DNA of 63,677 nucleotides, filler included, from Octopus bimaculoides (GCF_001194135.2; 8 parts of 7 records of this genome joined end to end with filler, not necessarily neighbours in it); one strand, 5' to 3'. Shown: positions 24,953 through 37,778, counted from the first letter of the whole stretch. Notes: generated from the letters alone by a model not told the origin. Translations and numbers: made by a program.

Positions 24953-25335
24953 NNNNNNNNNNNNNNNNNNNNNNNNNNNNNNNNNNNNNNNNNNNNNNNN
25001 NNNNNNNNNNNNNNNNNNNNNNNNNNNNNNNNNNNNNNNNNNNNNNNNNNNNNNNNNNNNNNNNNNNNNNNNNNNNNNNNNNNNNNNNNNNNNNNNNNNN
25101 NNNNNNNNNNNNNNNNNNNNNNNNNNNNNNNNNNNNNNNNNNNNNNNNNNNNNNNNNNNNNNNNNNNNNNNNNNNNNNNNNNNNNNNNNNNNNNNNNNNN
25201 NNNNNNNNNNNNNNNNNNNNNNNNNNNNNNNNNNNNNNNNNNNNNNNNNNNNNNNNNNNNNNNNNNNNNNNNNNNNNNNNNNNNNNNNNNNNNNNNNNNN
25301 NNNNNNNNNNNNNNNNNNNNNNNNNNNNNNNNNNN

Positions 25336-25376
<41 letters not shown>

Positions 25377-26477
25377 GCACGTACACATATAGACATGTTT
25401 ATTATTAACGCTTATAGATCAAAATCAAGAAACGTATACTTCGCCGAAGATCGAACTTCACGAAAGCCTGTTAAGGTTTCTATTTAATTCACTGACTTAA
25501 AACAATGGTGCGCAGTATTTTTCTGAAAAGTGTCTATAAACTTGAGGAAAAATTTCAGTTACAAACATACTTTTCATTACAAATATACTTTTAATTCCAT
25601 TATGTGACAATACAGTAGACCATACATATTTAATTAGGAATTTTGTTGTTTTACATTATTCAATGCAAATTGCTTTTAGCTGATTTAAATTTTAGATTGT
25701 CTTCCGTAAAAAGATAAATGAATTCATTTGATTTATGAAACTTGTAGACCACTAACACGTTGATATACACCTGGAGGTTAAATTGAATTACGCAGTGTCT
25801 CTCACTCCCGCCTTTTCTGTGTATATACATGGAATCACATATAGATGACACAACAACCATAGATTTATAGAATATATTTACATTAGTTGTTACATTATTT
25901 TATATGAAATTATCAAATCTTCACAGCCGTTTCGATGAACACTGTGAGTTGCGGATATTTCCTTTGCATATTATGCAATTAAATGTAAAAAAAACTGTAA
26001 TAAAAAATTACTCAAAAGCATACGAGCGTACTTAATATCAATATCCAAGTATCATGATATATAAGTACTTTCATACATCAGACACTGCTCATCATTGACC
26101 AAAGGGCCTTCAAAAATCCATGTACATATGATGGCGATATTCCTTACGCATACGATTGTTTGTTCATCGCTCGCTTTATTGTTGTTCACTCAAACCTTTT
26201 CTTTTAACCAACTCAACTGTCTCGGTATACCTTATTCTGACTAAGATGTTTGAAGAATCTGAGAATTCCAAAGACTAATCACGCTGACTACCTATTCCTG
26301 CATAAACTTTCTCCTATATATATTATAAACACTTTTGGTTAATTAATTAATTGTCATTCTTTTAGGATTACACCATTACTTCGAAACTGGGTTTCTTTTT
26401 TTACTATAGTGTATGTGCATGATTGTATAACATTTCACAAATACAGATATGTGTTAACAATGTTAACACTGAGGTAT

Positions 26478-26705
26478 CAAGAAGGCGGTGAGCTGGCAAG
26501 ATCATTAACAGACTGGACAAAATGCTTAGTGTAATTTCGTCCATTTTTACTTCCTGAGTTCAAATTCCACCGCGGTTGAACTTGCTTTTTTATCCTCTCG
26601 GTGCCTATAAAGTAGGTTCCGGTAGTTGAGCATTTGCGTCGATGTAATCAGCTTAGAGCATCCCCACAAATCTGCTAGACTTGTGCGAAAATTTGAAACC
26701 AATAT
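26478..26705 (+). mobile_element. SINE family A copy
   Basis: AAGGCGGTGAGCTGGCAAG..AAATGCTTAG..TGAGTTCAAATTCCACCG..AATTTGAAACCAATATT. Confidence 0.85.
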
Positions 26706-26834
26706 TGATGTAGCAACGTCTATTATATAACTAACAATGTTATGAAACAGCTGTAAACGTATGAAATAAACATCTACACTCTCACATTACCTCTCTTATT
26801 TGTTTATATATTACATATATGTATATATATGCAA

Positions 26835-26952
26835 GCAAATCGAACCCGGGACTTATTCTTTGTAAGTCTAATACTTATTCTATCGGTCTCTTTTTCCGAA
26901 CCACTAAGTGACGGAGACATAAACACGCCAGCATTGGTTGTCAAGCAATGCT

Positions 26953-26960
<8 letters not shown>
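26835..26960 (-). mobile_element. SINE family B partial
   Basis: CCCGGGACTTATTCTTTGTAAG..TTATTCTATCGGTCTC..CCGAACC..TGGTTGTCAAGC. Confidence 0.8.
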
Positions 26961-27049
<89 letters not shown>

Positions 27050-27060
27050 TAAATTATATA

Positions 27061-27279
27061 AATAAATTAAAAATGTAAAAATAAAAACAGAACACAAAGG
27101 ATTCCGTGGTACACGTGTTTCAAGCTTTATAGTCATTGCATCATTATATTGGTATATAATTGATAAACAAGATGTTATAAAGCTATACCAATATAATGAT
27201 GCAACGATTATAAAGCTTGAAACACATGAATCGCGGAATCCTTTGTGTTCTGTTTTTATTTTTACATTTTTAATTTATT
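27061..27279. repeat. 219-bp near-perfect hairpin
   Basis: 96-bp arms (27061-27156 and 27184-27279), 6 mismatches, 27-nt loop. Confidence 0.9.
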
Positions 27280-27284
27280 CTTAC

Positions 27285-28299
27285 ACCCCGGCCACGATCT
27301 GGCATATACAGGTGCTTACAATTACCAAGTATTACCTCTAACTTACGATGGAATACATCAACATTAGCGAAGAAGATGTACTACTAGCTATACATGAAGT
27401 GGACACAAACTCAACTGCTGGCCCTGATGGTTTCCCAGCAATCCTCCTTAAATCGTGTAAGCATACCCTGGCAAAACCCCTCTAGATCCTCTTCCAGAGC
27501 TTTCTCGCAAACGGAAGACTGCCAAGTAAGCTGAAGGAGGGAATAATATGCCCAATCCATAAAGGGGGAAGCAGAGCAGATGCCAAAAACTATAGGCCTA
27601 TCTCTCTGACTTCACACATCAGCAAAGTCATGGAAAGGATAATCAGAGGAAAACTGATCGCATTCCTTGAAGAAAATAAATTGCTGAGTGATACCCAACA
27701 TGGCTTTCGACCAGATAGGAGCTGCCTGACCCAGCTCTTACAACATTACGACTGGGTGTTGAGGCAGTTACTCAACAACTCAAATGTGGACGTAATATAC
27801 CTTGATTTTGCAAAAGCTTTTGACAAAGTGGATCATGGTGTGATATGCCACAAACTGCGTGATCTTGGCATAGCTGGAAAACTTGGTTACATGACTTTCT
27901 GAAAGATAGAAGTCAGGCAGTAGTGGCCAATGGTGCCACCTCTATGAGAACACAAATAATGAGCGGTGTTCCACAGGGCACTGTCTTGGGACCATTGCTT
28001 TTTATAGTCGCTCTCTCAGATATGCCTTCAAGTGCCCGGATAGCCACACTTGCAAGCTACGCAGACGATACAAAAGTCTCGCAGAAAATACAGAACTCCA
28101 GTGATGTTGCACACCTGCAGCAGGAATTGGACTCAGTTTACAGATGGGCTGAGGACAATAATATGCAGTTTAATGCTGAAAAATTCCAAGCCCTGCGCTA
28201 CCAACGTCCAAAACTGAATATTAAACTTACAGAGTACACTGGTCCACAGGGAATCTCAATCCCAGAGCCTAAATCAGTGAAAGACCTGGGTATCGACAT
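27285..28299 (+). mobile_element. CR1-clade LINE reverse transcriptase fragment
   Basis: AGPDGFP, PIHKGGSR..NYRPISLTS, QHGFRPDRSCLTQL, YLDFAKAFDKVDH, SGVPQGTVLGPLLF and YADDTK. One stop and one frameshift are visible; the fragment ends at a gap. Confidence 0.95.
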
Positions 28300-28399
28300 N
28301 NNNNNNNNNNNNNNNNNNNNNNNNNNNNNNNNNNNNNNNNNNNTTAATTAATTAANNNNNNNNNNNNNNNNNNNNNNNNNNNNNNNNNNNNNNNNNNNN

Positions 28400-28762
28400 C
28401 ATTAGTAAGTCTAATATATCATTAGTAAGTCTAATATATCATTAGTAAGTCTAATATATCATTAGTAGGTCTAATATATCATTAGTAGGTCTAATATATC
28501 ATTAGTAAGTCTGATATATCATTAGTAGGTCTAATATATCATTAGTAGGTCTAATATATCATTAGTAAGTCTAATATATCATTAGTAAGTCTAATATATC
28601 ATTAGTAAGTCTAATATATCATTAGTAGGTCTAATATATCATTAGTAGGTCTAATATATCATTAGTAAGTCTAATATGTCATTAGTAGGTCTGATATATC
28701 ATTAGTAGGTCTGATAGATCATTAGTAGGTCTGATATATCATTAGTAGGTCTGCTATATCAT
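28400..28762 (+). repeat. 20-bp minisatellite, about 18 copies
   Basis: Unit CATTAGTA(A/G)GTCT(A/G)ATATAT with no spacers. Confidence 0.97.
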
Positions 28763-28969
28763 TACAGCTCTTTTGCACTTTATTAAGTCCTTCTATAGAC
28801 CGATTGTTGCTATATCTCTGATGCTGGGGGTTTCAATGGTTAACAGTTTCCACTATGGTTTACCATTGTCATATTTACAATTCAACATGTAAAGAGCCAG
28901 AAGAAACAAATACTCTGTTTGCTTTGATCATTAGTGTTCCTGTTGTTCCCTTAACCGAACTCCCTATTT

Positions 28970-29212
28970 CTTGAATTATAATATAATTGGCATTTTTGAT
29001 TCCCTTCTATTACTTCCTCCAGTATTTTATCAAATATACTGTAAGTAGCTCCCATTGTTGTCTCTTTTCTGTCTCTGTCTCCAGTATTTTATCAATTATA
29101 GCATAAGTGGTTCCCACTGTTTTCTCCCTTCTCCAGTACCTTATCAATTATAATGTAAGTAGCTCCCATTGTTGTTTCTCTTCTATATCCCTCTCTAGTA
29201 CTTTATCAAATA
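28970..29212 (+). repeat. Degenerate 52-62-bp tandem repeat, about 4 copies
   Basis: A CCAGTA.TTTATCAA-like motif recurs at 29019, 29081, 29133 and 29195; GTAAGTAGCTCCCATTGTTG also recurs. Confidence 0.75.
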
Positions 29213-31452
29213 CTAGCAGTACAGCCCGGCATTGCCCGGGATTAAGCAGAGGTGTAATGAAAGAGAATTTCCCAACATGCTGCACAGTTGGACTGAACCT
29301 AAGGTGACATGGTTGAAAAGCAAGCTTCTCAACCACACAGCCACTCCTATAAAAGAGAGATACATTTTGGATAATATACACNNNNNNNNNNNNNNNNNNN
29401 NNNNNNNNNNNNNNNNNNNNNNNNNNNNNNNNNNNNNNNNNNNNNNNNNNNNNNNNNNNNNNNNNNNNNNNNNNNNNNNNNNNNNNNNNNNNNNNNNNNN
29501 NNNNNNNNNNNNNNNNNNNNNNNNNNNNNNNNNNNNNNNNNNNNNNNNNNNNNNNNNNNNNNNNNNNNNNNNNNNNNNNNNNNNNNNNNNNNNNNNNNNN
29601 NNNNNNNNNNNNNNNNNNNNNNNNNNNNNNNNNNNNNNNNNNNNNNNNNNNNNNNNNNNNNNNNNNNNNNNNNNNNNNNNNNNNNNNNNNNNNNNNNNNN
29701 NNNNNNNNNNNNNNNNNNNNNNNNNNNNNNNNNNNNNNNNNNNNNNNNNNNNNNNNNNNNNNNNNNNNNNNNNNNNNNNNNNNNNNNNNNNNNNNNNNNN
29801 NNNNNNNNNNNNNNNNNNNNNNNNNNNNNNNNNNNNNNNNNNNNNNNNNNNNNNNNNNNNNNNNNNNNNNNNNNNNNNNNNNNNNNNNNNNNNNNNNNNN
29901 NNNNNNNNNNNNNNNNNNNNNNNNNNNNNNNNNNNNNNNNNNNNNNNNNNNNNNNNNNNNNNNNNNNNNNNNNNNNNNNNNNNNNNNNNNNNNNNNNNNN
30001 NNNNNNNNNNNNNNNNNNNNNNNNNNNNNNNNNNNNNNNNNNNNNNNNNNNNNNNNNNNNNNNNNNNNNNNNNNNNNNNNNNNNNNNNNNNNNNNNNNNN
30101 NNNNNNNNNNNNNNNNNNNNNNNNNNNNNNNNNNNNNNNNNNNNNNNNNNNNNNNNNNNNNNNNNNNNNNNNNNNNNNNNNNNNNNNNNNNNNNNNNNNN
30201 NNNNNNNNNNNNNNNNNNNNNNNNNNNNNNNNNNNNNNNNNNNNNNAGGTGACATGGTTGAAAAGCAAGCTTCTCAACCACACAGCCACTCCTATAAAAG
30301 AGAGATACATTTTGGATAATATACACTTTTTTTTTTTTAGTTCAGACATGGATGACATAGAAAGCAGACATGCTGGCAGGCCATGCTGTGTTGTGCAGGA
30401 TTGGAAATGTGAAATGTCAACAGAGCACTTCTGGAGAATGCATGAATGGGTTTGGTGTGCCTTTATCCAGTTGCACACACATGCACATGGCCCAGTGGTG
30501 TGCGGGATGGTAACATGAAGCATCAACAGAGTGCTGACAAAAATTTTAATGTTCTTCGCATTTCCTCTGCCAAATTGGACAAAAAGATTTTCATGAAATA
30601 TCATACACTACTTATAATGCATAAGTAGTGTCAATATTTTATCATCGGAAAATGGCCTAAAACAGATATTAAACCCAGTGCAGTATACTCAAATCTGATT
30701 AACCTGCATTTTTGGAGGGCCCATAGTCGGCATCAGAAATTCTTTTAGTCAACAACAATTCAAAGAGCCTGATTAATGCTTGTTGCAAATTTGAAGGAAA
30801 ATGACTGGATACTCTTCAAGTTACGGGCCTTAACGCTGAAAAAATGCTTTAAAAATGTGGTTTATCTGCCCTTGGGCCCGCATCAGGCAAGAAGTTGAAA
30901 ATCTTTTTGGCCCATGACACTCCATGGACCCTATGTAATGAATGTGTAAAATTTCATTCAAATTGGTTGGGTGGATCTCGAGTTTCAATGATATGACAAA
31001 CACACAGACAGACATACGTCCTGCGTTTTATATCTCTTTTTTCTCTTTTTACTTGTTTCAGTCATTTGACTGCGGCCATGCTGGAGCACCGCCTTTAGCC
31101 GAGTAAATCGACTCCAGGACTAATTCTTTGTAAGCCTAGTACTTATTCTATCGGTCTCTTTTGCTGAACCGTTAAGTTACGGGGACATAAACACACCAGC
31201 ATCGGTTGTCAAGTGATGTTGGGGGTACAAACAGACACACAAACATATACACACATACATATATATATATACATATATACGATGGGCTTCTTTCAGTTTC
31301 CATCTACCAAATCCACTCACAAGGCTTTGGTCGGCCCGAGGCTATAGTAGAAGACACTTGCCCAAGGTGCCACACAGTGGGACTGAACCCAGAACCATGT
31401 GGTTGGTAAGCAAGCTACTTACCGCACAGCCACTCCTACGCCTATATATAGA
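29213..31452 (-). mobile_element. Composite non-autonomous Helitron-like element
   Basis: Minus-strand 3' end CCCGG-GCAATG-CCGGG, 8 nt, CTAG|T (29213-29240). 5' end A|TCTATATATA at 31452. Body motif CCAATTTGAATGAAATTTTACACA at about 30945-30968. It contains a gap and SINE insertions, so continuity is inferred. Confidence 0.55.
31030..31442 (-). mobile_element. Full-length tRNA-derived SINE family B
   Basis: Head GGCGTAGGAGTGGCTGTGCGG..GGGTTCAGTCCC, CCTTGGGCAAGTGTC core, internal (TA/CA) tract, and GACTGAAACAAGTAAAAAGAG tail. Confidence 0.9.
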
Positions 31453-32149
31453 TAATGTAAGTGGACCCTATTTGTTGATTCTCTTCTATTATTCCCTTCA
31501 GTACTTTCTGAATGACTCTGTTCCTTCAATCCTTTGACCCACTCTCCTCTCACCTGCTTACCCTCATCCTTCTGTCACTGCTCTCTTTTGTATTCATCCT
31601 TTGGGTCACACTGCTTTGAATGAACAGAAGCACAATAGAGCAGTGAGGATTCTCTAACCTTGCAAGGCACAAGGTAACCTTACATGTACTGATCTTATGA
31701 TCAGATACACTCAATACATTCTGTAAAGTGGCTCAAGTTAGGAAGGATATTCAGCCTTAGAAACCATGCGAAAAATTACTGAATGTTCAAATAAGATGTG
31801 GCCACCCAACCTGTCTGGAAGAAGAGATATCACTTTGAACAAGAACTCATTCAGACTATGGCACTCCATTCAACCCAGGTCAGTATTGAAAGTAAGCATA
31901 AGTTGATGACAATGATGATGATCGTGACGATGATGGTGATGATTGGTGGTGGTGAACATAACCATGATGATGATGATGAGATGTGATGGCTGAGTACTCC
32001 ACAGATACTTTTACTCTTAACATTATCCTCTGGCAGAATCTATATAACACAATGTATAACAAGGTTGACACATTTGAATTATGGGTACACTTGTTCATCA
32101 GACTGTCTTCTGCACAGTTTTTGTTTTATGGAATTTCACTCACAAGACT

Positions 32150-32432
32150 TGAGCCAACCTGTGGCTGTGGTTTAAAAAAAATGCACAACCAAAGTCTTGT
32201 GAGTGGATTTGGTAGATGGAAATTGAAAAGAAGTCCTTTGTACAGCTGGTACTGGTGTGTTTATGTCCCTGTGACTTAGTTGTTTGGTCAAAAAAGACCG
32301 ATAGGATAACTGCTGGGCTTTAAAAGAAAAAAAGTCCTGGGATCGATTCATTTGACTAAAACATTCTTCAAAGTGGTGCTCCAGCATGGCCACAGACTAA
32401 TGACTGAAACGAGTAAAAGATAAAAGGCAGAC
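32150..32432 (+). mobile_element. SINE family B copy (5'-decayed)
   Basis: GTCTTGTGAGTGGATTTGGTAGATGGAAA..GGTGCTCCAGCATGGCCACAG..GACTGAAAC. Confidence 0.8.
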
Positions 32433-32624
32433 AGACAGACAGACAGACAAATAGACAGACAGACAAAAAAATCACACTTGCTTAACATACCACTCAATAA
32501 GATTGAACCCAATATCTTTGAATTGCAAGGCAAACATCTTAACATCATAGCTATACCTGTTTCCATAATACCCACTTTCATACATATTCACTAAAACACA
32601 TGCTGACTAAAATATACACCCTCA

Positions 32625-33463
32625 CTAACATTCATGTTTGGCAGTGAAACATGGGCTGTAACTGCTGAGGACATACGTAAGCTCGCAAGGAATGAAGCCA
32701 GTATGCTCCGTTGGATGTGTAATGTCAATGTGAATACCCGTCAGAGTGTAAGTATCTTGAGAGAAAAGCTGAACATTAGAAGCATCAGTTGTGGTGTGCA
32801 ATAGAGACAATTGCGCTGGTATGGACATGTGGTGAGAATGGATGAGGATAGCTGCGTGAAAAAGTGCCACACCCTAACAGTTGAGGGAACCCGTGGAAGA
32901 GGTAGGCCCAGGAAGACCTGGGCTGAGGTGGTGAGGCAAGACCTNNNNNNNNNNNNNNNNNNNNNNNNNNNNNNNNNNNNNNNNNNNNNNNNNNNNNNNN
33001 NNNNNNNNNNNNNNNNNNNNNNNNNNNNNNNNNNNNNNNNNNNNNNNNNNNNNNNNNNNNNNNNNNNNNNNNNNNNNNNNNNNNNNNNNNNNNNNNNNNN
33101 NNNNNNNNNNNNNNNNNNNNNNNNNNNNNNNNCCATTTTGAGCGTGGCCGTTGCCAGTACCGCCTGACTGGCTCCCGTAGGATTTTCGAGTGAGATCGTT
33201 GCCAGTGCCCCTGGACTGGCTTGTGCGGGTGGCACATAAAAGACACCATTTCGAGCGTGGCCGTTTTCGTGCGGGTGACACGTAAAAGCACCCACTACAC
33301 TCTCTGAGTGGTTGGCGTTAGGAAGGGCATCCAGCTGTAGAAACTCTGCCAAATTAGATTGGAGCCTGGTGCTGCCATCCGGTTTCACCAGTCCTCAGTC
33401 AAATCGTCCAACCCATGCTAGCATGGAAAGCGGACGTTAAACGATGATGATGATGATGATGAT
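32625..33463 (+). mobile_element. RTE-clade LINE 3' end with 3' UTR and (GAT)n tail
   Basis: GSETWAV..MLRWMC..LRWYGHVVRM..GRGRPRKTW. After the gap, the UTR GTTGGCGTTAGGAAGGGCATCCAGC ends in (GAT)n. Confidence 0.9.
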
Positions 33464-33899
33464 AGACATTCAAAACACACAACACCTACTACATGATGGG
33501 TTTGTTTATTGTATATCACTCTCCTTTGCTATAGAAACACTTCAAGGCCACCTTTGATTTTATGTTTGCTATCAGCAGCAGCATCAAACAGTTTATTATT
33601 TGTCATTTTTTTCAATACATATATCTTTATTGTTTCATTGGAGTTATTCAGCTGGGTGAAGTCCTGGATATCTCAAAACACATTAATATTGAATTATTGA
33701 TTTTTTTTTTTATCACAGGTTTTATATATTTAATTATTAATTAAAGAAAAGAAAACAGGACTTATACCATTTACAGTAATTCTTGGATTGGATGGAAAAG
33801 GGACAGTTATATAAGATCAATGGGATCAATGTTCCAGTTGAATTCTTGTAGACTTTTTTTAAATGATTTGGTATTGAAGAAGGGGTTTTGATTGTGGGC

Positions 33900-34160
33900 A
33901 TCATAAGTCCTCCAAGACTAGTTAGAGGAATATGGCTGATGTTTCTCTTGAACAGATTCAAAGTTGACAACTGCAATAAAAGCATAAACTGGGAAGGAAT
34001 TCCAGAAGACTGACATCCCAGAGAGGAAGAATTATATCTGGTGGTTTGAGATATTGATGGCAATAGGAATAACAAGCTGAGGAGAGAAGAGTAAATGGGG
34101 AGGGCCTCATTGGATGTGGTATGAGACCATTCAATTCCAAGGAACAGAGGTTACTATCGT
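33900..34160 (-). mobile_element. Decayed CR1/L2-like LINE C-terminal fragment
   Basis: Minus-strand FWNSFPVYAF followed, after a frameshift, by LNLFKRNISHIPL resembles the WNSLP..FK motif. Confidence 0.45.
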
Positions 34161-34965
34161 AAAGATACTGTATTTTCCAACATACAAGTCAAATTTTTTT
34201 GACTAAAATCTATGACCAAAACTATGGTAGCTTGACTCATACACCAAGACGATTTTGGTGGATTAAAAATTCTGTCAAATACAACAGGATCTGGAAAGAT
34301 AGCGATGATGTTTACACTACATATTTATGCTATATATATTATGTTGGCTTGTAAACTGAAAAATACTGTGATAAAGACAGTAAGGAGACATCATCTTTGA
34401 AGATTAGAGGCTGGTGTGTGTCTGAGAGCAACTTTACATCATTCAGTTGAATTAATTTTTTAGTGGTGCAATTTGGGATGTCTGTAATGTGTAGTTGCAG
34501 CAACAACATCCCAGATATAAGCAGATTTGACTGTGGGGTCTCACTTAAACTTTATAGATGATCAGTATTTGTTGGAAGCTGAAATATTTTCTAGTCCTGA
34601 GAACGATGGCATGTTAATGATTGTGAATGATTGTGAAGTCACATTCTAATGAACTTATCCAGCCACTCCATCTGACTTTCTGTCCATATTCTCTCTTATA
34701 TTTATATTCTTCTGACATCTTGTCACCACCATCATTGTCTTCTTTCTAGCTACTCCCACCCACACTTAAATAATGCAGGATGGCTGTGTACCTTTTTTTA
34801 TAGCAAGATACCTCTGCCTCTAACATGCTTTAGCCTTTCAATACTCGACATAAAGCCAACTTCCTCTCTACTACAACCAACATGAGCCAGCATGAAAGAT
34901 AGACATTAAATGATGATATGTTTATATATATATATATATATATATATAGCTAGACAGATAGATAG

Positions 34966-35001
<36 letters not shown>

Positions 35002-35456
35002 ACACACACACACNNNNNNNNNNNNNNNNNNNNNNNNNNNNNNNNNNNNNNNNNNNNNNNNNNNNNNNNNNNNNNNNNNNNNNNNNNNNNNNNNNNNNNN
35101 NNNNNNNNNNNNNNNNNNNNNNNNNNNNNNNNNNNNNNNNNNNNNNNNNNNNNNNNNNNNNNNNNNNNNNNNNNNNNNNNNNNNNNNNNNNNNNNNNNNN
35201 NNNNNNNNNNNNNNNNNNNNNNNNNNNNNNNNNNNNNNNNNNNNNNNNNNNNNNNNNNNNNNNNNNNNNNNNNNNNNNNNNNNNNNNNNNNNNNNNNNNN
35301 NNNNNNNNNNNNNNNNNNNNNNNNNNNNNNNNNNNNNNNNNNNNNNNNNNNNNNNNNNNNNNNNNNNNNNNNNNNNNNNNNNNNNNNNNNNNNNNNNNNN
35401 NNNNNNNNNNNNNNNNNNNNNNNNNNNNNNNNNNNNNNNNNNNNNNNNNNNNNNNN

Positions 35457-35495
<39 letters not shown>

Positions 35496-36854
35496 CATAC
35501 ATACATACATACATACATACATGTATATATATATACACACACACATGTAAAAGAGTGTGTTTGTGTGTATATATATGTGTATGTATGTGTAAGTATGTGT
35601 ATGTGTGTATATGTGTGTGTATGTGTTGCATGTTTGCCCTGCACATTTGTAACATTGTGTGTCCTAAATGAATTACAAGTCTAACAGATTGGTGGTGGTT
35701 GGCATCAGGAAGGGCATCCAAAACATAGAATGCAGCTTCAAGAAGTCCTGTCAACCAATTAGAGTATTTGAAAAAGTAGCCACTAAAAACAATAAAAATG
35801 TATGTAAGAGAGAGGTATGATCATATGTGTCAACTCAAAGGCATAACATGACCTAATTTTATTGCAAAGTGAAAGCTGGCAGGATTTGAACTCAGAACAT
35901 AGAGAGCAGTCACCATATTTCATTCCATAACTGCCATCTCTGAGGAGCACAGGGTTACATAATTAGACTGTAACCTAACACTTTGTTGAACCCCTAGTGC
36001 GGAACTGATTGATAAGATTGGCTGTATTGGATATATAATACTGTAAACTTTGATTAATATTAATGTATCTATATATATTAATTTTATTGACCATAGACAA
36101 AGTACTAAGTGAATTCTGCTGGATTTGAACTCAGAATTATAGAGGAACTAGATGGAATATTGTAAGGTGTTTAATCCAGTGGGCTATGATTTCTACATAA
36201 GATGGAACTAAACAAGCTCAACTTTCAGCTTACTAGAAACAGCAACCAAGTAGCTATCAAAATCACACCTTACCATCTTAAAAAAAATGGACAAATTATG
36301 TGGTATGGCCTTAGATATATTACTTAAAGAAGTAAGATGGGATTTCTTTTGCTTTTTCAAGTAAGTTTTCTTATCTGGGGGTAAATAACAACCACCTACT
36401 TTTGAAGAGACTAAACATAACTGACACCAAAACAAAAACGAATTTGCCAGTTGGAAGGAAGTATGTTACTTGTTGCTGCATGTAGAACTGTACAGCATTA
36501 ACATAGGGGGAGAGGTATCAGGGAAATACAGGGACAAAGAGAGAGGGGGGAAGAGAAATGGGTGCATTGAAATGTTTTCATGAGCTTAATTTACCTTTTG
36601 TTCTTTTCTCTGTGTGTATGGTTCTTGATGTGGCCACAGGGTCACTCTATATAGCAGATCTTTAGTACAAAGATCATTTTTGTTATGGCTCCATATTAGC
36701 AATGATCCTGTAGTCGTATGGCACAAAAGAAGTTAAGGCTCATAGCCCAGTGGTTATGGTGTTCTGCTAGTGATTGTAAGGTCTTGGGTTCAGTTCTTTT
36801 GACGAGCACCTGAGCACCATATACAAGAGGTTCATTATATATATCTTTAACTCA

Positions 36855-37232
36855 TTTCAGTTTTTATATTGTGGCTGTGCTGGAGCACAACCTTGAAGAA
36901 TTTTAGTCAGAACGAATTGACCCCAATACTTATTTTTTAAACTTGGTACTTATTCTATCAATCCCTTTTGCTGAACCACTAAGTAATGAGGACGTAAACA
37001 CACCAACACCGGTAGTCAAGCAGTGGTGGAGGGACAAACACAGTAACAAAGACACACACAGAAATACATACATATATATATGATGGGCTTCTTTCAGTTT
37101 CCGTCTACCAAATCCACAAGGCTTTGGTCAACCTGAGGCTATAGTAGAAGGCTCTTGTCCAAGGTGCTACGCAGTGGGACTAAACTGAGAACCATGTGGC
37201 TGGGAAGCAGACTTCTTACCACACAGCCATGC
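36855..37232 (-). mobile_element. SINE family B copy
   Basis: GGCTGTGCTGGAGCAC..TTATTCTATC..GGGCTTCTTTCAGTTTCCGTCTACCAAATCC..CCAAGGTGCTACGCAGTGGGACT. Confidence 0.85.
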
Positions 37233-37253
37233 CTATATATAAATATACAAACA

Positions 37254-37323
<70 letters not shown>

Positions 37324-37703
37324 NNNNNNNNNNNNNNNNNNNNNNNNNNNNNNNNNNNNNNNNNNNNNNNNNNNNNNNNNNNNNNNNNNNNNNNNNNNNN
37401 NNNNNNNNNNNNNNNNNNNNNNNNNNNNNNNNNNNNNNNNNNNNNNNNNNNNNNNNNNNNNNNNNNNNNNNNNNNNNNNNNNNNNNNNNNNNNNNNNNNN
37501 NNNNNNNNNNNNNNNNNNNNNNNNNNNNNNNNNNNNNNNNNNNNNNNNNNNNNNNNNNNNNNNNNNNNNNNNNNNNNNNNNNNNNNNNNNNNNNNNNNNN
37601 NNNNNNNNNNNNNNNNNNNNNNNNNNNNNNNNNNNNNNNNNNNNNNNNNNNNNNNNNNNNNNNNNNNNNNNNNNNNNNNNNNNNNNNNNNNNNNNNNATA
37701 TAT

Positions 37704-37778
37704 AAAGTTCCAAATCAAGTTAAAGTTAAAATCAATACGATTAATTTTAATTTTAACTTTAACTTGATTTGGAACTTT
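37704..37778. repeat. Perfect 29-bp inverted repeat with 17-nt spacer
   Basis: AAAGTTCCAAATCAAGTTAAAGTTAAAAT and its exact reverse complement at 37750-37778. Confidence 0.9.

Noticed and set aside
26339-26350. TTAATTAATTAA as an eighth assembly spacer
   Set aside because: It has no flanking Ns and is a natural AT-rich occurrence.
28400-28762. CRISPR-like regular array
   Set aside because: The units are contiguous with no unique spacers, there are no cas genes, and the context is eukaryotic.
33825-33900. PIF1/Helitron helicase-like VPVEFL..LVLKKG
   Set aside because: Neighbouring helicase motifs are missing, and the adjacent sequence is better explained by a minus-strand LINE tail.
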